Translations under genes and position numbers: made by a program | Virus record (IMG/VR): IMGVR_UViG_3300042453_002354 | Location: 1 to 64,000 of that record | Length of the DNA: 64,000 bases | Strand: one strand, 5' to 3' | Origin: a virus | Notes under the pieces: model-generated | Database searches by the model: none | Seen by the model: the letters and a program-made list of their open reading frames with translations, nothing else | Told to the model about the DNA's origin: nothing | Shown: positions 46,795-56,250 of the stretch, piece by piece | Numbering within the stretch: position 1 is the first letter of the stretch | How the letters are laid out: each line of letters begins with the position of its first letter

Positions 46795-47787
46795 TCATTT
46801 TCTGACGCTAGATTCGGACTGATATGTTGGCGTAACTTCAACAAATTCCGCCTTTCTTTGCAATTCGGATATTGTTCTGGCACCACCATAAGTTAAGGCC
46901 GATCTCAATCCTCCTAGCAATTCATCTATAAGTTGTTGTGCACTTTTCTCGACCGGAGCCCAAAAGTGTTCACCCTCTGCTACCGTACCTTTCTTTAATC
47001 CACCTCTAGCTTCATCTTGAAAATCTTTTGATGCTTGTCCTCTGTATTTTGCATATATCTGAAAGTCTGTGTTTCTTTTTTGTGCGGCACTTTCGTAAGT
47101 TAGTGCAAATAGCTTTCCTATCATTACGGTAGAAGCACCAGCGGCCAACGCAAGCACAATATCTCTTGAATTTCTTATACCACCATCGGCAATAATTGGT
47201 ACTTTAAATCTGCTTGCAATTTCACTGCAATCTTGTATTGCGCTAAATTGACTAACACCAAACCCCGTGGTCGATCTTGTAGTACAGGCAGCTCCAGGTC
47301 CAATACCAACCTTTATCGCATCAGCACCAGACGAAATTAAATCATGGGTGCCCATAGCTGTACAAACATTTCCAGCTATAATTTTAACATGAGGATATTT
47401 TGATTTAATAAACTCAATTTCTTGCATCATAGATTTTGAATGTCCGTGTGCAATGTCAAACGTTATTACACTGGCACCGACACCTATAAAATCTTCTAAG
47501 TAATCGTTATTCAATCCAGTTGAAATGGAACAATTAGAGTATTTCTTAATCCACAATCTTTGTTGTTCTATATCTGTAAATCTATGAAATATGGGAAATC
47601 CACCGTTCGACAAAAGCACATCAGCTAATTGATCGCAAATGACAGTATCCATATTAGCTGCCAATAATGGCATACCAATTTTAGTATCCTTAACAAGCCA
47701 AGTTGATAGATCTGGTTCAGTTCTGCTACTTATATTACTATATTGCGGAACTAGTGCTACGTCATCAAAAGTTAAAACTCTTCTCAT
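46795..47787 (-). CDS. IMP dehydrogenase / GMP reductase family, no CBS domains
   Basis: LTFDDV, ANMDTV, DIAHGH, AGNV, KVGIGPGAACTTR, IADGGIR, AEG, GLRSALTY; start MRRV at 47787. Confidence 0.9.
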   Translation of the reverse strand: MRRVLTFDDVALVPQYSNISSRTEPDLSTWLVKDTKIGMPLLAANMDTVICDQLADVLLSNGGFPIFHRFTDIEQQRLWIKKYSNCSISTGLNNDYLEDFIGVGASVITFDIAHGHSKSMMQEIEFIKSKYPHVKIIAGNVCTAMGTHDLISSGADAIKVGIGPGAACTTRSTTGFGVSQFSAIQDCSEIASRFKVPIIADGGIRNSRDIVLALAAGASTVMIGKLFALTYESAAQKRNTDFQIYAKYRGQASKDFQDEARGGLKKGTVAEGEHFWAPVEKSAQQLIDELLGGLRSALTYGGARTISELQRKAEFVEVTPTYQSESSVRK

Positions 47788-47789
47788 AA

Positions 47790-48347
47790 CTACTCCTGTG
47801 TTGATAATTGATCTCCCCACGAATCCCATCCAGATTCAGTTTGTCTAGCAAAAAGTTCTATTCTAGGTAAATCACCAACTAATTCTACTATATGTTTTCT
47901 TATTATATCAGGCTTTTTGCTATGAGATTCTATTGGCGATAAAACAACTTGTTTGATTGATGCAGACTTTCTTTTGATCTTGCCACGTAAACCTAGTAGA
48001 CACAATTCGGCATTGCTTCTGGTCCAGTTTCCCATACCCATAAAAATTGTATCTTGAGATTTTTTGTTCGTCTTGACCCAAGTGAATGCACAAGTTTTAT
48101 ATGTAAATCCCCAAGATTTAATTACATTTAATCCTTCTTGTAGCTTAGGATATGTAACCCACATAAAAAGAATGCAATCATCAGCACATATCTCAGATAT
48201 TGGTAGTTCTTCTATTGATTTGTCATTCATTAAATTATATTTACATCCTGCACCTCTGTTCCCTGCTAATGCTTTATCTTTATACATCCAAGGAGGATCT
48301 GCATAAATTATATTATACTTCTTATTAGGGAAGGGTATCATAATCAA
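47790..48347 (-). CDS. MT-A70 family adenine methyltransferase
   Basis: IYADPPW, LFMWVT, WGFTY...FTWVK, GMGNWTRSNAE, HSKKP, IELFAR. Confidence 0.92.
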   Translation of the reverse strand: MIMIPFPNKKYNIIYADPPWMYKDKALAGNRGAGCKYNLMNDKSIEELPISEICADDCILFMWVTYPKLQEGLNVIKSWGFTYKTCAFTWVKTNKKSQDTIFMGMGNWTRSNAELCLLGLRGKIKRKSASIKQVVLSPIESHSKKPDIIRKHIVELVGDLPRIELFARQTESGWDSWGDQLSTQE

Positions 48348-49729
48348 AATTTGAATCCAGAAAATTTAGAAGGTGCATCTTTAACTGGAAGATTTGAATT
48401 ATCAAAATCTCTTACGTTCTGTATTATATCATTTTGTGCAGATTCTTCAAGCTCATAAAATCTCATTTTAGGTCTGTCAATTCCTAATAGTATTTTTCTA
48501 TCTTTGGCAGCTTCGTTGTATCTATTTTTTAGTTGCTTGATCATTATTTGATTCTGCTTTTCCAATTCATCCGTAGAAATAAGAGCAAGCATTAAATCTG
48601 CGGTTGCTGGTACGCCAAAACTTTCTGAAGTGTTTTCTAATCCTACATCGGATGCATTGTAACCGCTTCTGTTTAACTGTGTTGCGGTCCATACTGGTAC
48701 CTTGTGTATAACGCTCAGACCACGAACCTCTTCTGCAATATACTTCACGTAAGTGTACATATTAGAAACACTATTAGATGACTTCAATCTGGCACTTACC
48801 ATGATGTTTAAGTAATCCAGAATAATGACATCTGGCTTGAAATTCTTCTTGAGAGATAATTCATTCAGAGTATTTGCCACATGAAACACACTAGCGGTAG
48901 ATGTTGGATATTCTTCTACTATAAGTTTGCCAGTAGTCTTTGATATGATTGAATTTAAAGACTTGAGAAATGCTGGTTTTGGTATGTTCTTTAAATCTTG
49001 TATCGGTATGTTGAGAAGATTTGCATCAAATCGTTCTGATGTCTTCTCTTTTGACATTTCAAATGTAGCATAAAAAACATTATACCCTTGCATAAAATAT
49101 GAGCAAGCAAGGTGAGACAAGAACGTAGATTTTCCTATTCCTGTACCGGCGACCACGATATTCAAGGTCTTCTTTGGTACACCACCATTAGTAATTTTAT
49201 TCAGTATATTAATATCAAATGGCAACTGTTCTTCTTTTGTGTGATAGTAACTAAATCTATCCTCATAATCTTCTGCATACGAATGACCAACAGAGGTATT
49301 AAAAGAAACGGCCAATGCCTCTTTCATCATATCGGGCAATACACCTACACTTCTTTTTTTATCTCTACCGTCAATTATTTCTATGCCACTTCTGAAGGCA
49401 TTTATTATAGCTTTATCTTTACAAAACTTTTCTGTCTGACCAAGAAACCATTCTTGGTTTGGTTTATCGTATTCTTTTAATTCTTTTATAGTATCTTGAA
49501 TGTTTTGATAAAGTTCAGAAGAAACTTGTTTATCGGCGGAACATATTGATATTGCTTCTATGGTAGGCAGTGCATTATGTTTTGCTATAAAATCATAGAT
49601 GCAAGAAAAAACGATCTTGTCAGATGGCGAATCAAAGTATTCTTCCTTGAGAAAGGGAAATACTTTTCTGCAATAATCTTCATCGTGTATCATGCCCTTC
49701 AATATAAGGGACTCTATTTTGTCTGACAT
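48344..49729 (-). CDS. 41: replicative helicase gp41
   Basis: AGTGIGKS, EEYPT, DYLNI, AEEVRGL, TATQLNRSG, TSESFG.PATAD, KQLKNRY. Confidence 0.97.
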   Translation of the reverse strand: MSDKIESLILKGMIHDEDYCRKVFPFLKEEYFDSPSDKIVFSCIYDFIAKHNALPTIEAISICSADKQVSSELYQNIQDTIKELKEYDKPNQEWFLGQTEKFCKDKAIINAFRSGIEIIDGRDKKRSVGVLPDMMKEALAVSFNTSVGHSYAEDYEDRFSYYHTKEEQLPFDINILNKITNGGVPKKTLNIVVAGTGIGKSTFLSHLACSYFMQGYNVFYATFEMSKEKTSERFDANLLNIPIQDLKNIPKPAFLKSLNSIISKTTGKLIVEEYPTSTASVFHVANTLNELSLKKNFKPDVIILDYLNIMVSARLKSSNSVSNMYTYVKYIAEEVRGLSVIHKVPVWTATQLNRSGYNASDVGLENTSESFGVPATADLMLALISTDELEKQNQIMIKQLKNRYNEAAKDRKILLGIDRPKMRFYELEESAQNDIIQNVRDFDNSNLPVKDAPSKFSGFKF

Positions 49730-50007
49730 TGATTTCCTATAATTTGAAATAACTGAGATGCAATTTCATTAATCATTAACATCATAGACTGTTCTTGCTG
49801 TTCTGTCAAATCCTCTTTCAATAGATGCATCAAGTGAGTTGGAACTCCTGCTATTTCATAAGAAAACTTTCCTTTTCCATTTACCTCATTAAAGTTATCA
49901 AAAACAATAAACATGCCAGACCAATATCCTTCCATTACAAAAACTTTTATACCTCTGGCTTTGTGTTCAACTATTTGGTATTTTTTGATCATATTAACCT
50001 TCTTCAC
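49714..50007 (-). CDS. hypothetical protein (position of T4 gp40)
   Basis: Between uvsX and 41. Confidence 0.55.
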   Translation of the reverse strand: MKKVNMIKKYQIVEHKARGIKVFVMEGYWSGMFIVFDNFNEVNGKGKFSYEIAGVPTHLMHLLKEDLTEQQEQSMMLMINEIASQLFQIIGNQCQTK

Positions 50008-51070
50008 CGTTTAAAATATCTTCTACGAAAATATCTGTAGATACGCCACCATATAACATGGTATTCTTAACATAAGTATTGATCTTATGCAATACTTCTT
50101 CCGTAAAGAAGTGTTTAGGATTTTCTCTGATTTCCTTTTCAAATACACTCTTACCGCCAGGCACTTGTATTCTAGTGGATACCTTTGTAAAAATCTCAGC
50201 TTCTAATGCAATGTCAATTAATCCATAATATCTGTCAAGCCCACTCTGAAAGTTTAACAACACTTGAGCTACAGATCCTTCTTTAGTCAATCGAGATTTC
50301 ATGGCAGTGCATTTGATCAAAACGCCTACCAAGTTTCCATCTTTATCCTTCTCTTTGCTTTTGGATAGCATTATGATGTTATTTGCTGCATATTTCAATC
50401 CGCCACCGCCGCCAATAGATTTTTTAGGACCATACATTTGACCAACATTTTCATATACATGATTGGTCATAATCATAGGTATGCCAGCTTTGCTAAGTTT
50501 TAGTGTGAGCACACGAAATGCCGCTCTAATTTCAGATTGTCTGGTCATATCTTTCTTGTCACTTCCACTTTCCGTGTCTGCAACTTCTTTGTTTGTAGAT
50601 AACATACCAAGACTATCTAAACATATCATCATCTTACGATTTTCATTTTTCGCCTTCTTCTTTTCTTCAAGATAGTTATCAACTAACCTCAAACACTGTG
50701 ACTTAAATTGCTGTATCGTTTCTACGGGAACCATCAAAACTCTTTTTGCATCTATGTTCCGATTCACTAATAATTCTTTTGTGATCGCACCTTCACTTTC
50801 AAACACAACGACGACCGCATTTGAATCAGTATCAAGAAAATGTTTGACAATAGAAAGCATAAAGTAAGTTTTACCAGTAGCTTCTTCACCAGCTAATGCG
50901 CTGATTTTGTTTGAAGGAAATCCACCAAAAATATCACCAGAAAATAATGCGTTTAATGCATAACTGCCAGTATCAATAAATTGAGGTATGTCCGCATAGG
51001 TGCCTTCTTCTGCAACACTTGCGTATTCATTATCAAGTGATTTTATTATTTCTTTGAATATGTCACTCAT
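49994..51070 (-). CDS. uvsX: RecA-like recombinase UvsX
   Basis: DTGSY.LNAL.SG, AGEEATGKT, DSLGMLST.KE, DMTR, TNHVY. Confidence 0.96.
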   Translation of the reverse strand: MSDIFKEIIKSLDNEYASVAEEGTYADIPQFIDTGSYALNALFSGDIFGGFPSNKISALAGEEATGKTYFMLSIVKHFLDTDSNAVVVVFESEGAITKELLVNRNIDAKRVLMVPVETIQQFKSQCLRLVDNYLEEKKKAKNENRKMMICLDSLGMLSTNKEVADTESGSDKKDMTRQSEIRAAFRVLTLKLSKAGIPMIMTNHVYENVGQMYGPKKSIGGGGGLKYAANNIIMLSKSKEKDKDGNLVGVLIKCTAMKSRLTKEGSVAQVLLNFQSGLDRYYGLIDIALEAEIFTKVSTRIQVPGGKSVFEKEIRENPKHFFTEEVLHKINTYVKNTMLYGGVSTDIFVEDILNGEEG

Positions 51071-51079
51071 ATTAGTATC

Positions 51080-52171
51080 CTAAAATAAACTCTTCTTATT
51101 TTCTAATGACCAACCAATGCAGTTTGCAATATCTTCTATGGGTTTTCTGAACATCTTATCAAATTGTGTGTCATAGTCAATATATTTGTGAAGATTAAAT
51201 TCAATAGGTAATTGATCTATAAAGCCAATAACATCTTCTCCTATTGGATTAGGCGTTTTAAGATAGACATATCTGATCTTTTCCTTCTCTTCAATCTTTT
51301 GATATTTGGCAGACAGATCTAATTTTTTTATGTAATGATTATATAATAAAGATGCTCTAGTGTTTATCGGACAAGATTTTGCATATATGGTTTTACTATC
51401 AGAATACTTGTCTAATCCATTGACAGTCTTCGGAAAGGCAATGTCATTTACTTGAGCATCATTGTAGATTTTTTTAAAGTTTTTTACGAAATCTTGTAAA
51501 GTTTTTTGATCTTCTTGCAGAAGTATTCTAAGTGCTTCGTACAAATATTCTTTAACAAACGATGGTGTAGAACTTTTAACAACATCTAAACCTGTAGCTT
51601 TAACTTCCGGTTCTTGATAACGAACACCTTCAACATCAATAGCGTTGACAACATATCTTTTCTTGGCAACCCAGATACCACGATCTGCCAAAGTCTCTCT
51701 TTTCATTTCCATTCTAGGCAGAAAACCATTTGTATAGTCATACAAATTCTTGAATGATTGCTCTATCTTTTTCTGCAAACCTTGCTCACAAAATGCATCA
51801 AGAAAATCTATGACCTTCTGCACAGGAAGTTCTTTACCTGCTAGAGTTTTTAAAACAACTTGTTCTAGATTTAGATATACAGAATCGGTATCAGAGGCTA
51901 TAACAAAGTCTTGATTCTCTGTGCCTAGAAGTTTGTTTAAATATTGATTTAAATCTTGCTGAATCCACTTGATTGCTAATTGACCGGATAGTGTAACGGC
52001 TTCGGCTTGGCGCACATCGAAATATCTGAAATAGACATTACCTAATGCGCCGTAAGCCGAATTCAACATTACCTTTCTGCCGTTCTGAGTGTTAGAATAC
52101 TTAGACACTAATTTTTCAAGTGTTTTTTTCTTTTCTAGCAACTCTTCGGTTGATAACTGAGAAAGATCCAT
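51080..52171 (-). CDS. 43: family B DNA polymerase, C-terminal subunit (gp43B)
   Basis: KVMLNSAYG, TLSGQ, DTDS, KKRY, VKSSTP, terminal SLF clamp-binding tail. Confidence 0.95.
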   Translation of the reverse strand: MDLSQLSTEELLEKKKTLEKLVSKYSNTQNGRKVMLNSAYGALGNVYFRYFDVRQAEAVTLSGQLAIKWIQQDLNQYLNKLLGTENQDFVIASDTDSVYLNLEQVVLKTLAGKELPVQKVIDFLDAFCEQGLQKKIEQSFKNLYDYTNGFLPRMEMKRETLADRGIWVAKKRYVVNAIDVEGVRYQEPEVKATGLDVVKSSTPSFVKEYLYEALRILLQEDQKTLQDFVKNFKKIYNDAQVNDIAFPKTVNGLDKYSDSKTIYAKSCPINTRASLLYNHYIKKLDLSAKYQKIEEKEKIRYVYLKTPNPIGEDVIGFIDQLPIEFNLHKYIDYDTQFDKMFRKPIEDIANCIGWSLENKKSLF

Positions 52172-52176
52172 GAATA

Positions 52177-52494
52177 TTACTTAAATAGTTTGCTAAAGAA
52201 TCCTTTCTTGGTTGGTTCGGGCAAATCTTCCAATATTTTAGTAGGTAATTCTACCTTCTCGGGTACTCTAACAACTTTAGATAATTTGTCAACCTTGAAT
52301 AGTAGTTTATCATCACAAGTTCCTGCAAGTGAATAAGTGGCCTCTGACAGATCTATTTCTCCAGACTCGGATGATGTGGCAGCAGATAGCAAAAATTTTG
52401 ATAGTTCTTTTCTGGGATCTTCAGACATTCCAAATACTACCATTTCACTTAAAGAAATTTGTACTAATGCATAAAATTGATCACTCATTTTCAT
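52177..52494 (-). CDS. hypothetical protein inserted between the polymerase halves
   Basis: AAGGAG SD; ends KKGFFSKLFK. Confidence 0.7.
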   Translation of the reverse strand: MKMSDQFYALVQISLSEMVVFGMSEDPRKELSKFLLSAATSSESGEIDLSEATYSLAGTCDDKLLFKVDKLSKVVRVPEKVELPTKILEDLPEPTKKGFFSKLFK

Positions 52495-52499
52495 TCTCC

Positions 52500-52910
52500 T
52501 TACTTTTTAGTTTTTGATTTTGGCTTAGCGACTTCTGATTTTTGATTTGGTGTTGACTTTTTCTTCGCCGGTGCCACATCAGCTTCTTTCTTTTTTGATT
52601 TTGATACGACTGGTACTACTGGTTCCAATACAATCTTTTTTGACGCTTTGCCGGACTTAACTGGTTTTGCTGCACGTTCTTCTAAGACTCCGACTACAGA
52701 AAAGACAGCCACTTCACCACGAGCACCCCAAAGAACATATTCAAATTGATTTTTATGCCAAACAAAATTCTTACCTTTACTATTGCTTATAATTTTGTTC
52801 AGGAATAGATCACCTATAGCCTGTTCGGATTTTCCTAGATTAAAAATTTCATCTATTGACACAAATAGGAAATCTTTAAAATTTTTCGTTTTAGCCTTTT
52901 GTTTTACCAT
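52500..52910 (-). CDS. hypothetical protein with Lys/Pro/Ala-rich tail, inserted between the polymerase halves
   Basis: TAGGAG SD. Confidence 0.7.
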   Translation of the reverse strand: MVKQKAKTKNFKDFLFVSIDEIFNLGKSEQAIGDLFLNKIISNSKGKNFVWHKNQFEYVLWGARGEVAVFSVVGVLEERAAKPVKSGKASKKIVLEPVVPVVSKSKKKEADVAPAKKKSTPNQKSEVAKPKSKTKK

Positions 52911-52941
52911 GATATCTCCTATAAAAAATTCAACAGTTCAA

Positions 52942-52970
52942 ATCATATTACAAAAATAACTAATCGTCAA
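52942..52970 (-). promoter_or_regulatory. sigma70-like promoter overlapping the gp43A stop
   Basis: TTGACG-17 nt-TATGAT. Confidence 0.6.
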
Positions 52971-54423
52971 GACCTCTGCGTCTTAATTCTTGTTTAATTT
53001 TTTGTAACTCATTCTTACACTCAATCATTTGGCTTTTGTATTTTTTTCTTTCTGTGTATAATCTTTCTATTATTGCGGGAAGAAATCCTTGACCCTTTCT
53101 GGAAAAGAAATGACCGTTTGCAGTAAACGCCAGATTGTCTTTCTTCAGTGAAGACAAATCGACCGAACGAGAAAGTAGGTCTTCTATCTTCACATCAATC
53201 TTATGACTAGTCAATAGCTTCTCTGGTGATATGTTGTATTGAACGATTAACATCGGATATAGACTGTTTACGTCAAACGAGGATATCCATTTGTGCATAC
53301 CTATGATTGGTTCCTTTACGGCGGCACCTTCATATTGTGCCTCTTTATCTCCGTCCTGTTTTGGCGGAATAATCATTTTCATTTTTTTGATATGATTAAA
53401 AATTATGATATCCCAAAGTCTAACCTGCTTGAAAACATCCATAAAGTTTACAAGACTATCATAAGCAATGGTCATAATCATTTCCATTAACTTGAGCTTT
53501 TCTTCTAACTTCATTACAAGTCGAACGTCATGAATGTTATAATCTATAAATTTTTGAAAGTTTGTCGTATATAATGTTTTTAGATTACCATCAAAAGTAA
53601 TCTTTGCTTCTCCAAGTTCTTCTTTTGCAACGGTGTCGAGTTTATAGTTCTCTGGTTTGGCGTTGTGAAACTTTTTATAAATTTCTATGTAATCTAATGT
53701 CACTATACCCAAAAAATCATAAGCAGTATAAGTTTTATTTTGTATTGTCATTGTTCTAGTTTTTATCTCATTCCAAGGTGAGATATTTTTAGCATAATCC
53801 TTTTCAATCAACCTATTCATTCTTCCGACGAGATATGGTATATCAAAAAAGGTTATATTGTAACCAGAAATTATATCGGGCGATTCTGTTCTAACGTGTT
53901 CAACAAACGAGCATAATAGTTGAGTTTCCGTTGAACATTTTCTGTATTCTACATTTGATTCGGATGGTGTGTAATCGCCTAGACCAAAAACTACAAACTT
54001 TTTACCAACACCACAGGTTATTGCTATCACCTTTTGGTCAAAAACTTCCATACTAGGAAATCCACTTTCACAAGTAGTTTCTATGTCAAAGTATAGTACT
54101 TTGATTCTATTGAGATCGTAATCTATTCCATTTTCGTACATATCAGAGATGCAAGCATAATCATATTGCTGTAAACCCCAAACTTCATAGTTGTCTACAT
54201 CGCCGTAGTTGTTTACGTAATCTCTTGCTTCTGATATGCTATCAAATTTTATTCTGTCTAACCACTTCTTGCCATCATAGCTCATATATCTCGTACTCTT
54301 CTTAGAAGGTAAGAAAAGACTAGGCTTATATGGAATTTTTTGTTGTACACGACGACCGTGATCGTATCCCGTATACAATACACTATTTCCTCGAACGGAA
54401 AAGTGTGTATAAAATTTTGACAT
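52960..54423 (-). CDS. 43: family B DNA polymerase, N-terminal subunit (gp43A: exonuclease + motif A)
   Basis: FDIET, GYN..FFDIPY, YNIHDV, SFDVNSLYP, NISPE. Confidence 0.95.
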   Translation of the reverse strand: MSKFYTHFSVRGNSVLYTGYDHGRRVQQKIPYKPSLFLPSKKSTRYMSYDGKKWLDRIKFDSISEARDYVNNYGDVDNYEVWGLQQYDYACISDMYENGIDYDLNRIKVLYFDIETTCESGFPSMEVFDQKVIAITCGVGKKFVVFGLGDYTPSESNVEYRKCSTETQLLCSFVEHVRTESPDIISGYNITFFDIPYLVGRMNRLIEKDYAKNISPWNEIKTRTMTIQNKTYTAYDFLGIVTLDYIEIYKKFHNAKPENYKLDTVAKEELGEAKITFDGNLKTLYTTNFQKFIDYNIHDVRLVMKLEEKLKLMEMIMTIAYDSLVNFMDVFKQVRLWDIIIFNHIKKMKMIIPPKQDGDKEAQYEGAAVKEPIIGMHKWISSFDVNSLYPMLIVQYNISPEKLLTSHKIDVKIEDLLSRSVDLSSLKKDNLAFTANGHFFSRKGQGFLPAIIERLYTERKKYKSQMIECKNELQKIKQELRRRGLDD

Positions 54424-54424
54424 G

Positions 54425-54718
54425 TTATCCCGTAATCAGTGATGATGGTGTTATGAGACCAGTAGACATTTGCCTATATTGTGCGGCAATCTCTTCTGCT
54501 GGTTCATAATCATACATAACGAACTTTTTGTCAATCTTTATTTCAGCTTCGGGATTAGTTGCTATTAGTGGAACAATTAGTAAATCTGGACCTTTTGGCG
54601 TGTGTCGCATTGCCAGTATTAGTGGAAATCTTATATTAATGTGAGTTTCGGATTGTGAAACTAATTCCGCAACCACATCTTCACCTGTACTCAATCTAAA
54701 ACATCTCGATGTGCTCAT
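54425..54718 (-). CDS. Sm-like fold phage protein
   Basis: FRLSTGEDVVAE...P....Y....GLITP pattern. Confidence 0.65.
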   Translation of the reverse strand: MSTSRCFRLSTGEDVVAELVSQSETHINIRFPLILAMRHTPKGPDLLIVPLIATNPEAEIKIDKKFVMYDYEPAEEIAAQYRQMSTGLITPSSLITG

Positions 54719-55284
54719 AATGTATCCTTTGGTTTATACGCAAGGGTAAAATTGTTTGGTTCGACTTCTACGCTCTCAAAGGCAAATGTTCTATGCCCTC
54801 TCATTTTGGAGTAGAAATCTCCTATTTTATTGGCTCTCCAATCGCCAACGACAACTTCTTTATTTAATCCTGGCCAAGCGGCACTATTCGTCCCTATCAA
54901 TACCGCCTTTGATTCTGCTTCTTTATAAAGAACTGAATCCTGATCAAATCTTTTGCCAAAACTTTTTAGAAATCCTTTCAGTTTGCCATTATCATCTTTA
55001 TCGGAAATTACCAAAAAACTATTTTCAATTACCTTTTGTGCTTGTGGAGTACCAGCATCTTCTATATAATGACCCTCAACATTTATGAAACCAAATCCAG
55101 CAGACCTTATCAAAGATTTTAATTGTTTGTTTCTGTTTAAATTTTCTTCTCTTGAATACCCCTTTCGGAAAGCGGTCAACATACCTATAGTTTTTTCTTT
55201 GGTGTGTTGAAAGATTCTAGATAAAGACGATTCGTGTAATGCATATTCTTTAAATTCTAGAATGTCTGATTGTTTATTCTTCAT
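54715..55284 (-). CDS. conserved phage protein
   Basis: ESSLSR, TAFR, N..RNK.L, G.YIE, E.SF, FDQDSVL. Confidence 0.7.
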   Translation of the reverse strand: MKNKQSDILEFKEYALHESSLSRIFQHTKEKTIGMLTAFRKGYSREENLNRNKQLKSLIRSAGFGFINVEGHYIEDAGTPQAQKVIENSFLVISDKDDNGKLKGFLKSFGKRFDQDSVLYKEAESKAVLIGTNSAAWPGLNKEVVVGDWRANKIGDFYSKMRGHRTFAFESVEVEPNNFTLAYKPKDTL

Positions 55285-55762
55285 GAGAACCGTCCTCCGA
55301 TTGCAATTCGTACAGACCAGACAAAAACATTTCTTTTTCTTTTTGCCTACGCCTAATTAAACCTTTTACTACTTTACCCTTCGCAAGTCTCCATTTGTCA
55401 AATTCTTCGGCACTCTCTTCATACTTACCTTGATTTAATAATTTTAATAATTGTGAATTCTTGAAATTACCTTGACCGACATTGTATACAAAAGAAACCA
55501 AAGAGTCAAACATTTTTTGATTAATGTCTACCTTAACTCTGTTATTAATACATTGTTCAAATTCAAATAAATCTTCCAATAATGCATCTTCGGCTTGTTT
55601 TTTATTCCAAACCATGCCAAGTCTAATCGGAGATCCTTTATATCTTGTAGTACCATAACCAATTGTCGGAACACCAGCAGAACAAAGATATGCGTGTAAT
55701 CGCAATCCTTCGAGAGTTTTGATTAAATCAAGACCAGACGTTGAAATGCTTCTCTTTGCCAT
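55274..55762 (-). CDS. phage lysozyme / endolysin (GH24)
   Basis: E-X8-C-X5-T triad (EGLRLHAYLCSAGVPTIGYG), SFVYNVG, GLIRRR..E. Confidence 0.92.
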   Translation of the reverse strand: MAKRSISTSGLDLIKTLEGLRLHAYLCSAGVPTIGYGTTRYKGSPIRLGMVWNKKQAEDALLEDLFEFEQCINNRVKVDINQKMFDSLVSFVYNVGQGNFKNSQLLKLLNQGKYEESAEEFDKWRLAKGKVVKGLIRRRQKEKEMFLSGLYELQSEDGSHEE

Positions 55763-55764
55763 GA

Positions 55765-56250
55765 TTATTTACCCGTTGAGCCAAATCCACCCGTTCTAGT
55801 GGTATTGGATGGTTGTATTAATGTTTCGACTATGCTGTATTCATAATTCTTCACTAGCTCGCCCTGTGCGATTCTCTGACCGTGTGAAACTACTATATCG
55901 GACTTGCTATGATTAATCATTGCAACCTTTAGTTCGTTGACATAATCAGCATCAATAACACCCTCACAGTTTACTAGAGTCAATCCGGACAATGCTAATC
56001 CGGATCTTGGATGTAACCTAACGGAATGTGCATTAGGTATATCGAGAATAATTCCGGTTGGTATTAAAGCAATATCGCCCGGCTCTATGGAAACAAACCC
56101 ATGTGTAAGTTCGATTTCTTGACCATTTAACAATGGTTTAGAACCTTCACTCAAATATGCCGCTATGTCAAAACAAGCAGATCCCTCTGTCGCAAACTTA
56201 GGAATTTTTGAGTCTGCGAAAATAGGATAAACACATAATTTTATTTCCAT
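55765..56250 (-). CDS. dut: trimeric dUTPase
   Basis: SACFD, PRSGLA, GVIDADY, RIAQ, RTGGFGSTG. Confidence 0.96.
   Translation of the reverse strand: MEIKLCVYPIFADSKIPKFATEGSACFDIAAYLSEGSKPLLNGQEIELTHGFVSIEPGDIALIPTGIILDIPNAHSVRLHPRSGLALSGLTLVNCEGVIDADYVNELKVAMINHSKSDIVVSHGQRIAQGELVKNYEYSIVETLIQPSNTTRTGGFGSTGK

Noticed and set aside
52172-52959. Group I intron, intein or homing endonuclease splitting the polymerase
   Set aside because: The gap is filled by two ORFs with their own SDs, with no HNH, GIY-YIG or LAGLIDADG motifs and no Cys/His-Asn intein ends.
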